Source of the DNA: Takakia lepidozioides
Taxonomy: Eukaryota; Plantae; Bryophyta
Length of the DNA: 64,000 bases
Assembly (NCBI GenBank): GCA_030704615.1
Contig: CM060731.1
Location: 47,120,001 to 47,184,000 of the forward strand
Direction of reading: 5' to 3'
The notes under the pieces are model-generated. The model saw only the letters and a program-made list of their open reading frames with translations, was not told the DNA's origin and did not search any database. Below are positions 49,211 through 61,813 of the stretch, piece after piece. Each line of letters opens with the position of its first letter. Within the stretch, counting starts at the first letter, position 1. The translations under genes and the position numbers were made by a program.

Positions 49211-52200
49211 TCAATTCCTTCTACTGCTTCGACGGCGGGACGAAGATCCTAATCCTAGTGCTCCGATGGGCTGAAAATTCGAGTCACCCTCGACTTCACC
49301 ACCATTGCCATGATCAGTGCTGGAATCGTCCTCTCTATCCGACCTCATATGTCCAGGCTTTTGAATCTGCAAGCGACCTCGAACCACATTTAGTTCTCTC
49401 TGAGGTCGACTCTCACTCCGGTCTTGAATACCATCTATGATATCTGGCCTGTTTGTGGGCCAATCGCCTACAAAAAGTTGGACTATTCTCTGTCGTTTAT
49501 GGACTTGAGATGCAATCAAAGGTGGTCTCGAAGGAGGTATTGGAGGGGGGTCTGCCCGAGATGGACCGACATTAGATGGTCTGGCATGTGAGGAACCACG
49601 GGTCTGCTGCGCAACACGTCGGTTAAGGTGGAATTGTAGTGGCAGGTTGTCATTATCCGAGGTTTAAACTTCCGCCCGGTTCAATGCAGCAGAATGATGC
49701 GTGTGTGTGGAAAACAGATCAACCCTGTTGCTCCTTAATGCCCGTTGTGCTGGATCGGTTTTGGCATTGTGGTGGAGCTGGTCGTATCGGTGAGGCATGA
49801 TTTCGTCCCGTCGATTGTACAATGGGTTCGACACCATCGTTTGTATGAACAGGGTTGCGTACGTCGCTCGGTCCTGGAAGTTCATCACCCCTAAGCTCCA
49901 TTGGGGCATTACCGGTGGCTTCAGCGCGTAGTGGGGGGCGAGGGTTGACCCCAACGTCATTTTGAAGACCATGTTTTGGGGATGACACAATTACAGCTTC
50001 ACCTTCATCTGCGATACGTATTTTTTCAAGAAGGTCATCATAGGTCGGCTGGATATAACATCCTCCTCTGTGAACGTAAACGGGTCATATGCATTTTCGG
50101 GAGCATCATCGGATCCATCTTCACTATCGGAGGCAGATGATTCCCTTTGAGGCTCAGTATCGTCATTCATTGAATCTACCTCAGAAGTAGAGTCTTCGGA
50201 ATGCAAATTCCTCTCATACCATGCTGCAGCATCATCCGCTGCCCTCTCACGTAGCAGTTGACAATTGATATACACATACACCAATTTGTCAGCCCTCGCT
50301 GGATTCAACCTGTTACGAATCTTGTTGTGAACAAATGAGTAACTGCTCTAATTGCGTTCGCAAGATGAGGCAGAGCATACTTGGGCAAGAATAAATTTCG
50401 CAATAGGAGCCAATATTCTTGCTCCAGCTCCAATCAAATCCCACCATTCATGTGGCAACATATTGAGCTCTTTTGGATCCGGCATGTCCTCAAAAGGGTC
50501 GCGGCGATCTGAGAAGCATTGGTACTCGAATATAGCTCTCTCTGCCATGTTCGGCGGGGCTAATCGCATGAGCACTTGCATGAGGCCGGCCTTGGCATCA
50601 GCGTCGTTTCGGAGCATGGTATTGTCGAGCAAGAATAGATTGAGCAAAGCCCCCGCATAATGCAAGTCCATTCGAACCATCAAACGACGGTCGTAAAATG
50701 TATCCTCAGCACTATCCGCAAGTTCAGGTTCCAAGGAGAAGGGAGGATGCCTCAAGGATTGGACATGCTTCTCAAGATTTTGCATTAATAACCATGCCTT
50801 GCCCATTACTTGCTTTTCACATCCCGCAAGACGATTAACACCAGCTCCACCATATAAATAAAGGTTTCACATTTCTTCCAGAAATCATCGCTGCGAATGC
50901 TATTCCGAACTTTTCGACTTTTGCCTATGACTTGGCTTTTCTGGAGTCCCGCGATGTCCGTGTGTACGCATCCCATTGATGATCGATGATGGTGTGCTCC
51001 AGACTGCTCTTCACCGTCACCAACCAATCCACCATCAAGAAGTTAATGACAAAACGAGTTTCGTCTGGATTTCGGAGGCTGTATTTGGGTTCATGCCTCC
51101 TATATATTGTCAAAGAGATGTGGTGTGTGCGGATGAACGACACAACGGTCTTCGCTAGCTTGACAAGTTGTTTCATCCACTATTCTTTTCCCCAATCTTC
51201 TAAAAGGAGGTAAAGGATATGAGCAGCACAACCTTGATAGTACATATGGGGATAACGTGCCAACAACATGTCGGCAGTGTTTCTCATGTTAGCGGCATTG
51301 TCTGTGCATATTTGCACGATTCTATCACTTCCGACCTATTCGATAAAGTCCGTCAATAGTTGACATTGATAACGTCTATATTTCTTCTCGCCGCTAGTGT
51401 CGACCGATCCCAAGAATTGTTCCCCAGCTGGACATACGAGCATGACATTGAACCAGTGATTGCGCAAATTATTCTTGATTCTTGCATATTTGATGCGCGA
51501 GAACGTAAGGAGATGGGAGTGTTGCACAATTCTAAAATGAGTTGTGGTAGTCGTTACAGACTATAACATCGAAACCACACAATTTTGGTTGATAGTCGGC
51601 ACCGACCAGAATCCGAACAAATCCGATCAAATCGGTACCGACCAAATTCGACGATCCGGCACTTCAATGACTAAGTAACAAGACACACCATTCTAATAGT
51701 CGGTGCCGACTATAAATATTAACATGGGTGCACTGAGAAATAGTCGGTGCCAACTATGCAAAGACAGTATGTGTCCCGAGACATAGTCTGCACCGGCTAT
51801 ATATCTGTAGACAACCCATAACTAACACAATGGATATTTGACGACTATTAAAAATATTTTAAAAGAATGTCGATGAAGATGTGGTACATGCGATGAAAAG
51901 TTGAAAGTGCTCATCAAACCATATAAGCAGTTTAGACAGTTTGAACTTACTTGTGGCTGCCCTGGCTCTCCAGATTGAAGTGGTAGCCGATTGAGGCAAG
52001 TCCACTTTCTCTTGATAACTTTGAAGGGCCCTGCTGGGCCCACACATCTCCGAATTTCCACCTCTGTCTTAGCATCACCCTTGCAGAAAATAACAAGGCA
52101 GCCATCGTCCTTGAGCAGGGATGCTACCAGTGCCAGTGCATGCGGGACGATATCCTTTGACTTTGCATTCCAAGCGGCACAATGTCATCTATGCCACATC

Positions 52201-53163
52201 CTCTTGTAGACTGCCCGTCTGGGAGATCCACCATTACAAGGTCCGCCCCCGCTTTAGGGACTGTGCCACCCCTACGCAAAGGCTCGGAGGAGCGGTGCCT
52301 CTCCAGAAACGCGTCGATATCTCTCCTAGGCTCTGGGGTCTGTTTGTAACAGAACTCCAATCATCGGCACATATAGTGCTTTCATATTTTCTAATGTACT
52401 CGTCCATCCTATCGTTGACCTTTTGGGTAAGCTCGGTCATGACGTCTTCTAGTAATCTTGTACGGAGATTATGATAAGTCGGGAGGTACGTACGTGGATC
52501 TGGACTCCGAGGTTGTTCTAACGGCAGAAATAAATGCCAGAAGCCTTGCCACATTAAATGGTATGTTGGCCTTGAAGAAAAACTGCGTCCATTTTTTATC
52601 CAACAACATTTTCGCAGACAAGTTAAGACCTTCATGCATGGATTGCTGCCGTGATCCTCTACTCCGTTGAAGTGTAGGGGTACAAAGAGGTGTTGAAGCA
52701 GGTGTTGCTCCGGCACAACCCACTTGTCCAAGGACACCTAAAGCATCACAAAAGTCACCTTGGGTACTAATTGGGGCATCCTGACGGGAAGTTGGAGTAT
52801 TCTGCTCAGAGGTCATGTCCAAATCCAAAGACATTGGAATATTGCCTCCACACTGGGCAAAGTGACTTTTTACCCGCATAGATGCTTTAGGGCATAGAAA
52901 GAAGAGAGAAGACTCCCGCCGAGGCCGGCGTAACTAAGAGCCACTTCGCCTTGTGGCTTTAGGGCATAATCCCACCCCAGCGCTCTTCACACTTCTATAG
53001 CCGAAGTGAGCGGCAACTGATCCTTACGATAAGAAAGCTTTAATCCACATATGTTGTACTCAACACTACCAGTGGCACTGACAGTGTTCGGGATTGCCGT
53101 ATACCAAGGGCTCCATTCCTCCCTCATCTTCACCCAATATCCACTCCCCTGGGCCCTAGCAAT
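49211..53163 (-). pseudogene. hAT-superfamily transposase (BED finger, DUF659-type core, dimerisation domain), decayed and interrupted by an ~880-bp insert
   Basis: FFFKANIPFNVA, TICADDWSSVTNRP | FNVMLVCPAGEQFLGSVD, QICTDNAANM, GCAAH, PDETRF, WWDLIG...SASSCERN*S. Confidence 0.9.
51951..52334 (-). pseudogene. Captured exon fragment resembling a beta-class N4C/N6A DNA methyltransferase
   Basis: With one frameshift: GADLVMVDLPDG...DDIVPAWN...ALALVASLLKDDGCLVIFC...PFKVIKRKW. This resembles DLIxTDPPY...W...RVLKPGGxLxIF...GF...IxW. It ends at a GTAAGT donor (51950). Confidence 0.45.
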
Positions 53164-54559
53164 GTAAACAACAAAAAATAGTCACCTATAAATGAACGTG
53201 TTGTGAATGTAGAGTGCAATGCGATAGCCCAACACTTCTACACCTGTCAACAACCCAAGTGGGTCGATGTGGGTTGTACTGTTGAGCTTATACACAATCT
53301 ACTGAAGTGGCTTTGGTGAAAGCCATAACGGCAAAAAGTGCGCACCCTCCTCTTGGGCTACACTCTCGTTCAATGGAAGAGAACATCCAAAACAACCTCA
53401 AGTGTTTGCGCCGGATGCCCTCTTTGCAAGCATCCAATGCACCCATTGCTTCTCTTTACTAATTTGAGAGCCTCAAGAGATTATCGAAAGTTCCAACCAA
53501 ACCCATTTCAAAACCATTCTGGTATGCTCTGTATGTTCATATCATACCAAAATGTTACAGTCCTTGTGTTACGATATTTGTCTTGTTTACTAATAGAATT
53601 CTTGGGTAAGAGCTCTCAATTCTATCAGGAGTCCAGTATGGTCCAATCCAGTCATTGAGGGGGTTTTCTTTAGTTAACTTAGGGTAGTTCAAAGGGGCAA
53701 GGATTGGGCAAGTATTATATGGCCGTCTTCATTCTGTCTCCCACCACCTCGCCATATCAGAATCCATTGTACTCTTATCAATTACATAGTTTCCCTTAAG
53801 ACTAATTGTAGTGGACACTGATCGCTGGTGGGCTCTCGCAGACCTCTACATAGGTGTGGGTATAATGAGCGATTAACCTGTCACTGACTTTTTGAGACAT
53901 GGCTTTTAGAGAACAAGAGAAGCAAAGGAGTACAAATTCATAATCCTGTTTGCTTCATTCTAGATAGGGTTTGGAAAGTTCTGCTTCGAGAATATCACCA
54001 GCGCACCACTCTTCTAAGTAAAACCTGTTTTGGAATGGGGAATACCTTAGGATGGATATGGAGTAACCGATAAATGTTTGTGTTGAAACACCATATTAAC
54101 TCTGCTCTCTGCATCGTTGAAGACCTAACAACTATTCGGGGACATGTGCATGGGGATTGTTCAGAAGTGACCAAAAAAGAATGACGCATTCGAAGGAAAT
54201 GTGGATTATGGTACTCGTCTCTTCATCCCTAAGGACCAAGTGGTCACCTTGTTCAGAAGTGAAGAATAACAGTGAAGACGTGACGTGACGTGATCAAGAT
54301 CCAGGTCTACAATTGAGGAGAAGACTATCGGCGGCATTCTTCTCCGCAAGCACTGCTCAGACTAAGCGCAAGGTTTGTCTATGTGCACATAATCGATTTT
54401 CGTGTTGTAGAATTTTGTATTGAAGTTTGTGTATCTGCAAAATGGCAGCCTACATTGGTGATATGAAGGTGTCTTTAAAGCATTAGCGGTGTTCCGCAGG
54501 TGGCGAAATGGTGGGCTGTGGATGAGGCAGGAGCATTGGCGAGAAACCCCCTGGACTTT

Positions 54560-54740
54560 CCAAAACCTATACATGTCTGTCTCTTGATTGAGGAGTGTAT
54601 CACGAGGAAAGGTCTAGCAGAGCGAAAGTAGGTGCATACCCACATCATCCAAAGTGAATTGAAGCCAGCCATTTTTCTATCAACATGCATGCATGCCAAG
54701 TGCGGGAGCATTGTGGATGCACGCCTGGTATATGACATTG
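54560..54740 (+). pseudogene. PLS-class pentatricopeptide-repeat remnant
   Basis: LLIEECITRKGLAERK*VHTHIIQSELKPAIFLSTCMHAKCGSIVDARLVYD matches the GKQVHAHII...MYAKCGSIxDARxVFD signature; one stop and a deletion. Confidence 0.75.
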
Positions 54741-54878
54741 CACTGACAGATGCACAAGTTGCTGAAGTTATGGTATATGGGCAGTGGAATATGATGGACA
54801 TTACTAAATCTTCAAGCATGCGTCAATGTCATCATTGTCACACAAGAATTTGTTTTTTAGTTTGCTGGAAGTAACAGA

Positions 54879-56525
54879 CTATACAGAAGCTGAAGAGCTT
54901 TTCAAAAATGAAAGAACAGCTTGATTAAACTCTTTGGGTTTTTCAAGATGAGGAACATGGCCAGCTTCCTTAATCAGCACCAGCTGCGCTCGATGCACGC
55001 CCACATGCCTGTTCCCATGCCAGGCACCACTGGTCAGTTCGGTAATATGCTCTCTCCTAGAAACCAAATCCTAACTCGACAATAGTAGAAGCTGCCAATA
55101 GTACATAGGTACATCTAGACATTATAAAGCAAGAAGTAAACTTGGTTTAAGAATCTGGGGATACTTAACGCATTAGTTACCCCAAGCAACTTGTAATTGT
55201 ATGTCGCTCTTGTGCGAGCTAGGATAGGGACTGAATTAACAGATAAACTACACAAGTATGATTAAACAATAGTTTGCTGACTCACTGTTGCAATTGGTGC
55301 GCCAAGTCAAGATTGAATATTCTGTCGTGTTCTCCCCACACTAGAAGGGTTTCCTGCAAATGCCAAATCGTCATGCACTTAGAAGTCGTGAGCGACCATA
55401 ACTTCACATGAAAAGTTTGCCAGAAACTTGCTGAAAGTGGACATCGATCATGTATATCACTACAATTTAAATTAAACAGGGATAACGAGCAGGATTTGCA
55501 GACAACTGACCTGTGTAATGGTCGGCAGAGGCCTCGCAAGGTCCGTGCCAATGATCAGCGCTTGTAACAACTCAAGCTTTTCTTCTCTCATGTCTTCGTA
55601 TAGGACCTGTTTGATGCGGTCGGACAAAAATTATCAGACTGTTGGCGTACAATGGTCAAGGAGGAATGTTCAAACTTGCAGATCATACTATTTCCCGTGG
55701 CCAACTTACATTTCACCCAGGTACATAGAAAGATCAAATTGAAGTCTTCAAGAATCTAGTCAAAACTTCCATTAAAATCATTCGCCCGGGCCAAAATGCA
55801 ACATGATGAGACTGGTTTGGCGAGATATATATTACCTTCAGAATGTCGCGGCACAGGAAGTCAGGAAGGTGATGTGGCTTGTAGCTTCCAAGATTTAGAG
55901 TAGTTCTCAGTCCTTTCTCAGTTACAGGCAGCAGAATCTCTGTGATATCGGACGCGCCACACAGTTCCAGCACCTCATCATTTGAACTTGGGACCATGCA
56001 CACGCCCGTGCTACAGAAGATAACTCTGGTGACAAGGCTAGGAAAGAGATGAGCCATACGGAAGGCGACCATGCCACCATAGCTTGTGCCTAGCACAGTG
56101 ACCGCTGATACACCTAGCTCTTGCAGCATCTTCGCCATACATTCCGCCTGAAAAGACTCTGATCGCTGCAAGGAGATCGTTGTCGACTCCCCAAAGAACA
56201 ATAAATCTGGTATGTACAAAGAGTAGTGTTTCCCAAACGATGCCACCTGATTTTCCCAGTGAAACATACCGTTCCCCATGAACCCATGGATAAGCAGAAG
56301 TGCTGGCTTCTGACTCATGCTATTATCTACAATCGTGGCCGCGTTATGAACCTTCTGACCAGTCATTCTTCTGTCCGTTGGCAGGTTGTCTCTGGGGACC
56401 CAGCAGTGCATAGTCGTCCCATCACTAAGTTTTATAAGCTTAGATTGCAAACCTTGACTTTTGCAATAGGCTCGTAGCCTGTTCAGTTTGAATTCCATCA
56501 AGCTAATGTTAAAACACCCCACCAT
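54879..56525 (-). CDS. Alpha/beta-hydrolase (ABHD6/monoacylglycerol-lipase-like), copy 1, 4 exons, 327 aa
   Basis: Exons 56525-55836, 55606-55511, 55353-55286, 55008-54879 (984 nt). Motifs LLLIHGF, PDLLFFGES, GTSYGG (nucleophile), WGEHD, AGHVP. Confidence 0.92.
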
Positions 56526-57656
56526 GTTGCTTACAGCGATGGGAATCTAGCTCGGATGTACTTCAACCAGATATGGGGACCCAACTCCTAGGCGAAATTG
56601 GTTGAGAGAGAGACAGCGCGGGGGCGAGAGAGAGAGCCCTAACAACTTTGTTCAAGTATCTACTACTTCAAATACAGTGGCTAGGGACCACTTCAATACA
56701 TGTACTAAACGGGGCAACGGGTCCAACAAAACGGTTGCGCCAGGGAATCAGGCTGGAATTCGGGGACTCCACAAAACACTGTGCGCACCTGCAATGTCGA
56801 GAAGAGGATGACTTGAAAAACTGAGAAAGAGTTTGACGTCTTACGAAAGTCTAAGCTCTCGAATCTCAGAATAAAGCCGTCAGGCTCAAAGAACAAGAAT
56901 GGAAACTACAAAAACAGCTACTTCAACGGTTGAGCAGCGCTTTTCGAGAAGGGAAAGAAGAGTGATTGTGTGGACTTCTGACCACGGAGAGAGACCCAGA
57001 CACGTATATATACCAAGCAGGATCAACAGACATCGTTGAGGTCGGTGACCGCTTTGACCTGCGGCCGTTGACACGGGGTCGATCAATCATACTTACCCCA
57101 CCGCCTGCGTGTCTGACCAACAGTCGGCTTCTCAGAAGGGTGAGCAAGCGGCCAACTTAAATGCCTGTTGACAGACGCCAAAAATGTGGTGCTGCATCAT
57201 TGGATTGCAAACTGATTTTGGGCGGTGGCTGTCAAGGGAAATCTCATTGCATTGTCCATGTGGCAATCCAGTCTGCTCATGTGGCAAGTTCCAGTGGCCA
57301 AGAAATGAAAGAGGACTAAGGATTCCGTCGCCAAAAGTTAAGATGGATTTTCGTTTCTTTCTTTTTCTTGTATTTCAAAGGGAAATACCTGGAAGCGACG
57401 GCTCACCACTTAACTCTTTCACAGTAACCTCGCCATGTTGGTGGGTTGTCTACTCTCGCCGAAGGCCCAAAAAGAGTTAAGGCTAAGCTTACGCCTAAAG
57501 AACTAGGGCTGATTTCTCTTTGTAAATTTATGCGCGTTATACAGCGTAGCAGCCAGCCGCACGATTCCCAATGTAATGCACTCGTGTAATGCACACCTGC
57601 GACATTTCTTTATCTTTACCTATAAGATCTTTTCTCACGGGAAGCTATTAGGGAGA

Positions 57657-57830
57657 AAAAAAAGTATGAGGCCTCCCAAAGGGAGCATAAGTTATGGTGT
57701 CTCTTCACCCCCAAGGGCTACTACCTTCCAGCAGGAAGGTGGACACCTTTATGACACCAATTGGTGGGTTCGACACCAATCGGTGGATTGAACCCACAAC
57801 TTTTTCAAGGTGGGATGTGCCCATTACCCA
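57657..57830 (-). mobile_element. tRNA-derived SINE, copy 2
   Basis: Shares TTATGGTGTC...AAGGGCTACT..CTT..AGCAGGAAGGT(A/G)GACAC...GAACCCACAAC...ATGTGCCCATTACC with 37975-38110; T-run tail on the minus strand. Confidence 0.6.
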
Positions 57831-58625
57831 GCGTTTCTTTTATTAGCAATTTATCGCCAGATTGCGACCTCAAAAAATAAATATTCTGTCGCAAATTCCC
57901 TGTTTTTTCTTGGATGAATTCGCCATACTTCTCCAAATAGAAAATAAATTATGGATGAATTTGCCAAATATAGATGATAAAGTACAGATCTGGATGAATT
58001 TCAGTGGATGAACATAATTTATGGCTATTTCTTGTAAGACTCTGTAGCCACTCGTGCTCTTTTCCAAATTCCTTAAGACAAACCCTGCCATTCATTACCA
58101 CGATGAAAAGAAAAGAAATCATCCTATTTCTTTACTCAGGATACACCGTCCTCGGCGTCAGGCCCTTAAATCCGGGAATGCCCTCCACTCAGGGCATTAC
58201 CCTATACATAACCAAGTGGGTAAGTTGGGGCAGGCAAGCTCAAGGAGCGATTTGGCTACCAGTAACACCAAATGGCTAGAAACTAGTTGGATATAACCAG
58301 TGGACCCTTTACACTAACGGCATTTAACGTTCATCCCATTGAGAGTGCCGGTAATGAGTTTACTTCCTTGCTTTTCATTGCTTGTTTCATGCTATGCGCG
58401 TCAAGTATCAAAGAAATGTCTTGCAAGTGTTTCCTGCCCTCACTAACCCGATCACTTCAGGTGCTTGTTTTGCTCTTAAATAAACATCTAATATATGCTT
58501 ACACACCATTTTTCAGGAGAGAGATGACACCAACCGGAATTAGTGCAAATAAGAGCCACTTCCCCTTGCGGAAATGGCCCTTTTTCAACGAAACCTCATT
58601 AGAACATTAGAACCCACCTATGAAA

Positions 58626-59260
58626 TGGGGGTTGGTATCGCGTGAGCACAGAGTTAAGAGAAACGGGGTGAGCACAAAACAAATCACAGCGTGAGCAATT
58701 ATGGGGGTAATATGTACATCAGCGGAAATACAAATAATAGGCGGACATAGGGACTTTACAAATAATAGGCTTTACATCAAATGTGAAGATAACTTAAACC
58801 TGAAGATCAGAATCCACATGCACCTGTCACATAGTTTGAACCTCTAGCCAAGTTTCTTTGGCGAAAATCCAAGTTTCGTTAGCAAAAATACAAGTTTCTC
58901 TGGCGAAACCCTAGTTTCGCTTACAAAAATCCAAGTTTTGCTGGCGAAACCCATTTTCTGGGTGGTTATTGGGGATGTTCTCAACACAATGTTCCAAAAT
59001 GCCACATTGTTTATGTGCGCTGATCTTTGAGTTCTTGGAGATATATTTGTGGGTCATTGTGCTCACGCCACTTAAGCTTTGGACCATTAATTTCATGAAT
59101 TTTTTGCGCGAGCACAGTTTTCAGATAGTTTTGTATTTCTTACTGCCTGAGCGCATTTGGGTTTCACAACAGCATATTCTCAGGAATATTCTAAAATATG
59201 CGGAATATTTCTTTGTGCTCACGCCAGCTGACGTGAGCCTGCTCACATGCTACCCAACCC
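58626..59260. mobile_element. MITE, Mutator-like (8-9-bp TSD)
   Basis: Imperfect TIR GGGTTGG(G)TA.C..GTGAGCA. Flanked by the direct repeat CCTATGAAA (58617-58625, 59261-59269). Internal ~21-bp tandem CAAGTTT...GCGAAA at 58848-58950. Confidence 0.7.
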
Positions 59261-61029
59261 CCTATGAAAGGGGAAAAGGAGGCAGAACTTGCAAAGGGAT
59301 ATTTACGCCGCGCGAACACACACACACACATATACATTAGACAATTGGCAGAGTTACTTCGGTGTTTGTCTTTGTACTAAGGAACCGTCGTTTGGGGGCC
59401 ATTCTGCCCCGCTTTGTTGCCCCACCTGAAATTTCAGCTCGGCCCACCCCTGACCATTCCATCCCGCTCTGGTCAGTTCAGAAAAACTGCCCGAAAAGTT
59501 GGCACTCGGTCATTCTGCAACCTACTCCGCCATCCTGCTACCTACTCGAACATTCTGCCAACTAATGGACAGGCGAAAATGGCAGAAAATTCGCCTCCTC
59601 ACCAAAACGCACGGCAAAAAGTTGAGGGCGCCAAACAACACCGCTTGCAATTCCTGTCGCTCTTTTGCTTTCCCTTTTCCCCAACAACCCCATTAATTGA
59701 CATAGTTATGGTCCCTCTTCATGCGTTTATGTATAGGGTAATGCCATGAGTGGAGGGCATTCCCGGATTTAAGGGCCTGAACCCGAGGGCGGTAGCCCCA
59801 GATCTTGTAGGTAAAGATAAGGAAATATCGCAAGTGTGCATTACACACTCGTGTAATGCACTGGTACTCGTGGGGCGGGCTCTTACGCTGGATAACATGC
59901 AGATATTTACAAAGAGAAATCAGCCCTAGTTCTTTACATTTGCATTTTGTGTAGGTTGAGGCCCGAGTTTTAGGAACCTCCGAGGGCCTCCGGAACCTTA
60001 CGCGGCATAAGGTGCCATCCTCACTTCGCAAAAATCCCTCCGCATAAGGTGCCATCCTATCGAACTAACTAAGAAATCCTGGCCAGGTAATTTACGTTCG
60101 TTTCTTTTTAATGGGCCCTGCATTTGGAGCCCAATAAAGTCGTTACTCGTAAATAGCTGACGGAGAAGAGCGCTCCTTCTCTGTATACCCTCTCAGGGCG
60201 GCGGGCCCGACCCTGTGAAGCTGCAGGCGGTGGAGCCATGTAGCAGGCTGCTCCTCCTCTACACGTGTCATCCTGAAGAGAAAATCTCTGTGTTAGGTCA
60301 ATTCATTTTGGTAACCGACAGACTGTGACACGCGGCCTGTCCGATCACGTGTAACCCGTGTCACGCCTTTTCTTGTCCGAAATGTCATTGGATATTACAT
60401 CATGATATCCTTCTCAGAAAGAATAGGTGAAAATGTTTGTGACTGCCCAGATTTGTTTTTCTTTGAAGCCCGAGCAGTTTACTGACAAAATCTCTGCCTC
60501 GTCTTTTACGAAGTGGATTGTAGCAGGCTGAGGGCTTTGCCTAGTCGATATGTCATGGTTAACGGGAGCCCTGGTTGCGGTATGATCCTGTCACAACATC
60601 CGTGCTAACATCGTGGATATCTTGGATGATCGATGTGTGGTACAAACTAGAAACTTCAAAGGGACAAAGAGGGATGAAGACGGCCGTGTTGGCCATGTTG
60701 GCACGGGCGAGTTGACTGAACGGAGTGTAAAGTGTAAACAAGTCTTGTCGGCAAAGGCTTGTCATTCACGAATCACAAGTCCCTTGCTGCAGTACTTGTT
60801 GGTGGGTCCGTAGCAGCTGAGCGAGGATGCAAGCACGCTGGTTGGGTTCGTCTTGGTCTGCTGCAGTTGTGCACGTTGACCTGCTATATTTGTGACGGGC
60901 CCAGCACTTCATTTGAAATGATTGGAGGGGAAGGAAACGGAATAACCTGCCAAACTCTTGCCAAGGCTGCTATAGGAGAAGGTTCTAGACATGTATATGT
61001 ATATATGTGTATATGTTCTAGATATATAG

Positions 61030-61490
61030 TTGGAGAAGAAGGTTAGAGAAACTTTACAGACTAGCTCGGCAAAAATTTTAGAATTTTAGGCAGGTAGGCA
61101 CGTAGGCACCTCAATGTGTTGTAATTCACTTCTTGCCTCATGAGTTGAAATTTGTTTCCACAGCTGTTGGGGAGTTTCGGGTGTGGTCTTAGATCCAGAT
61201 TTTCACATTCCAAGGTTGGCAGAAAGCAGCCCCTGCATTCAGGGCCCGTGCATATGGAAGTGTACAGGTAATTCTTTGCAAATTCAAGTATTTGCATCTG
61301 CGAGTAGACGGTGGGTGGCACCATGGCATTGTCGCTTCTGCCATTGTTCTCAAAATGAATTCATACAAAGATTACACTGCAGTGCCAGTAACTTCCAGTC
61401 ATTTTGTCATCTTATTCCGATCCTTCTGTAGACCTTTTGGAGGAAGTGTGTGAGTTCTGAGACAAAAATGATTCAATAGCAGCGAATTGT
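61030..61490 (+). repeat. Diverged copy of the TOC64 downstream segment (11170-11650)
   Basis: Collinear shared blocks, as listed for 11170-11650. Confidence 0.8.
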
Positions 61491-61813
61491 AATACACAAT
61501 ATCTTGAGCACAAGTTTCTTTGTACAAAAATGGACTATGATCCGCGGCGTCTACCTCACAATCATTAATTGCACAGGCCAGAGATACACAGTGACATTCC
61601 ACTGGCAGATATTCAGATATTCTTTACTGGCGGATATTCCACTCTCCAGTAACTGACTTTCTTCTGATCACTTCCTCATTAAAGATGGCAGTGATATGGT
61701 TACTAAAGCCTAAAGAATATATTGTGATACTTTATCAAACAATACAATATGCATATATAAGTACATACATGTACAATTTGAATCAGCTTTGAGAGTTTAC
61801 TGAGATCAACCCA

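Larger units (their letters stand above)
57496..59936. mobile_element. Region bracketed by ~200-bp inverted repeats (foldback/TIR element or two inverted copies of one repeat)
   Basis: 57496-57630 plus 58140-58212 is the reverse complement of 59725-59936. The left arm is split by an insertion that contains the SINE. The ends read TA|AAGAACTAGGG...CCCTAGTTCTT|TA. Confidence 0.7.

Noticed and set aside
60540-60720. Coding remnant (REPWLRYDP...)
   Set aside because: Too short and interrupted to support any assignment.
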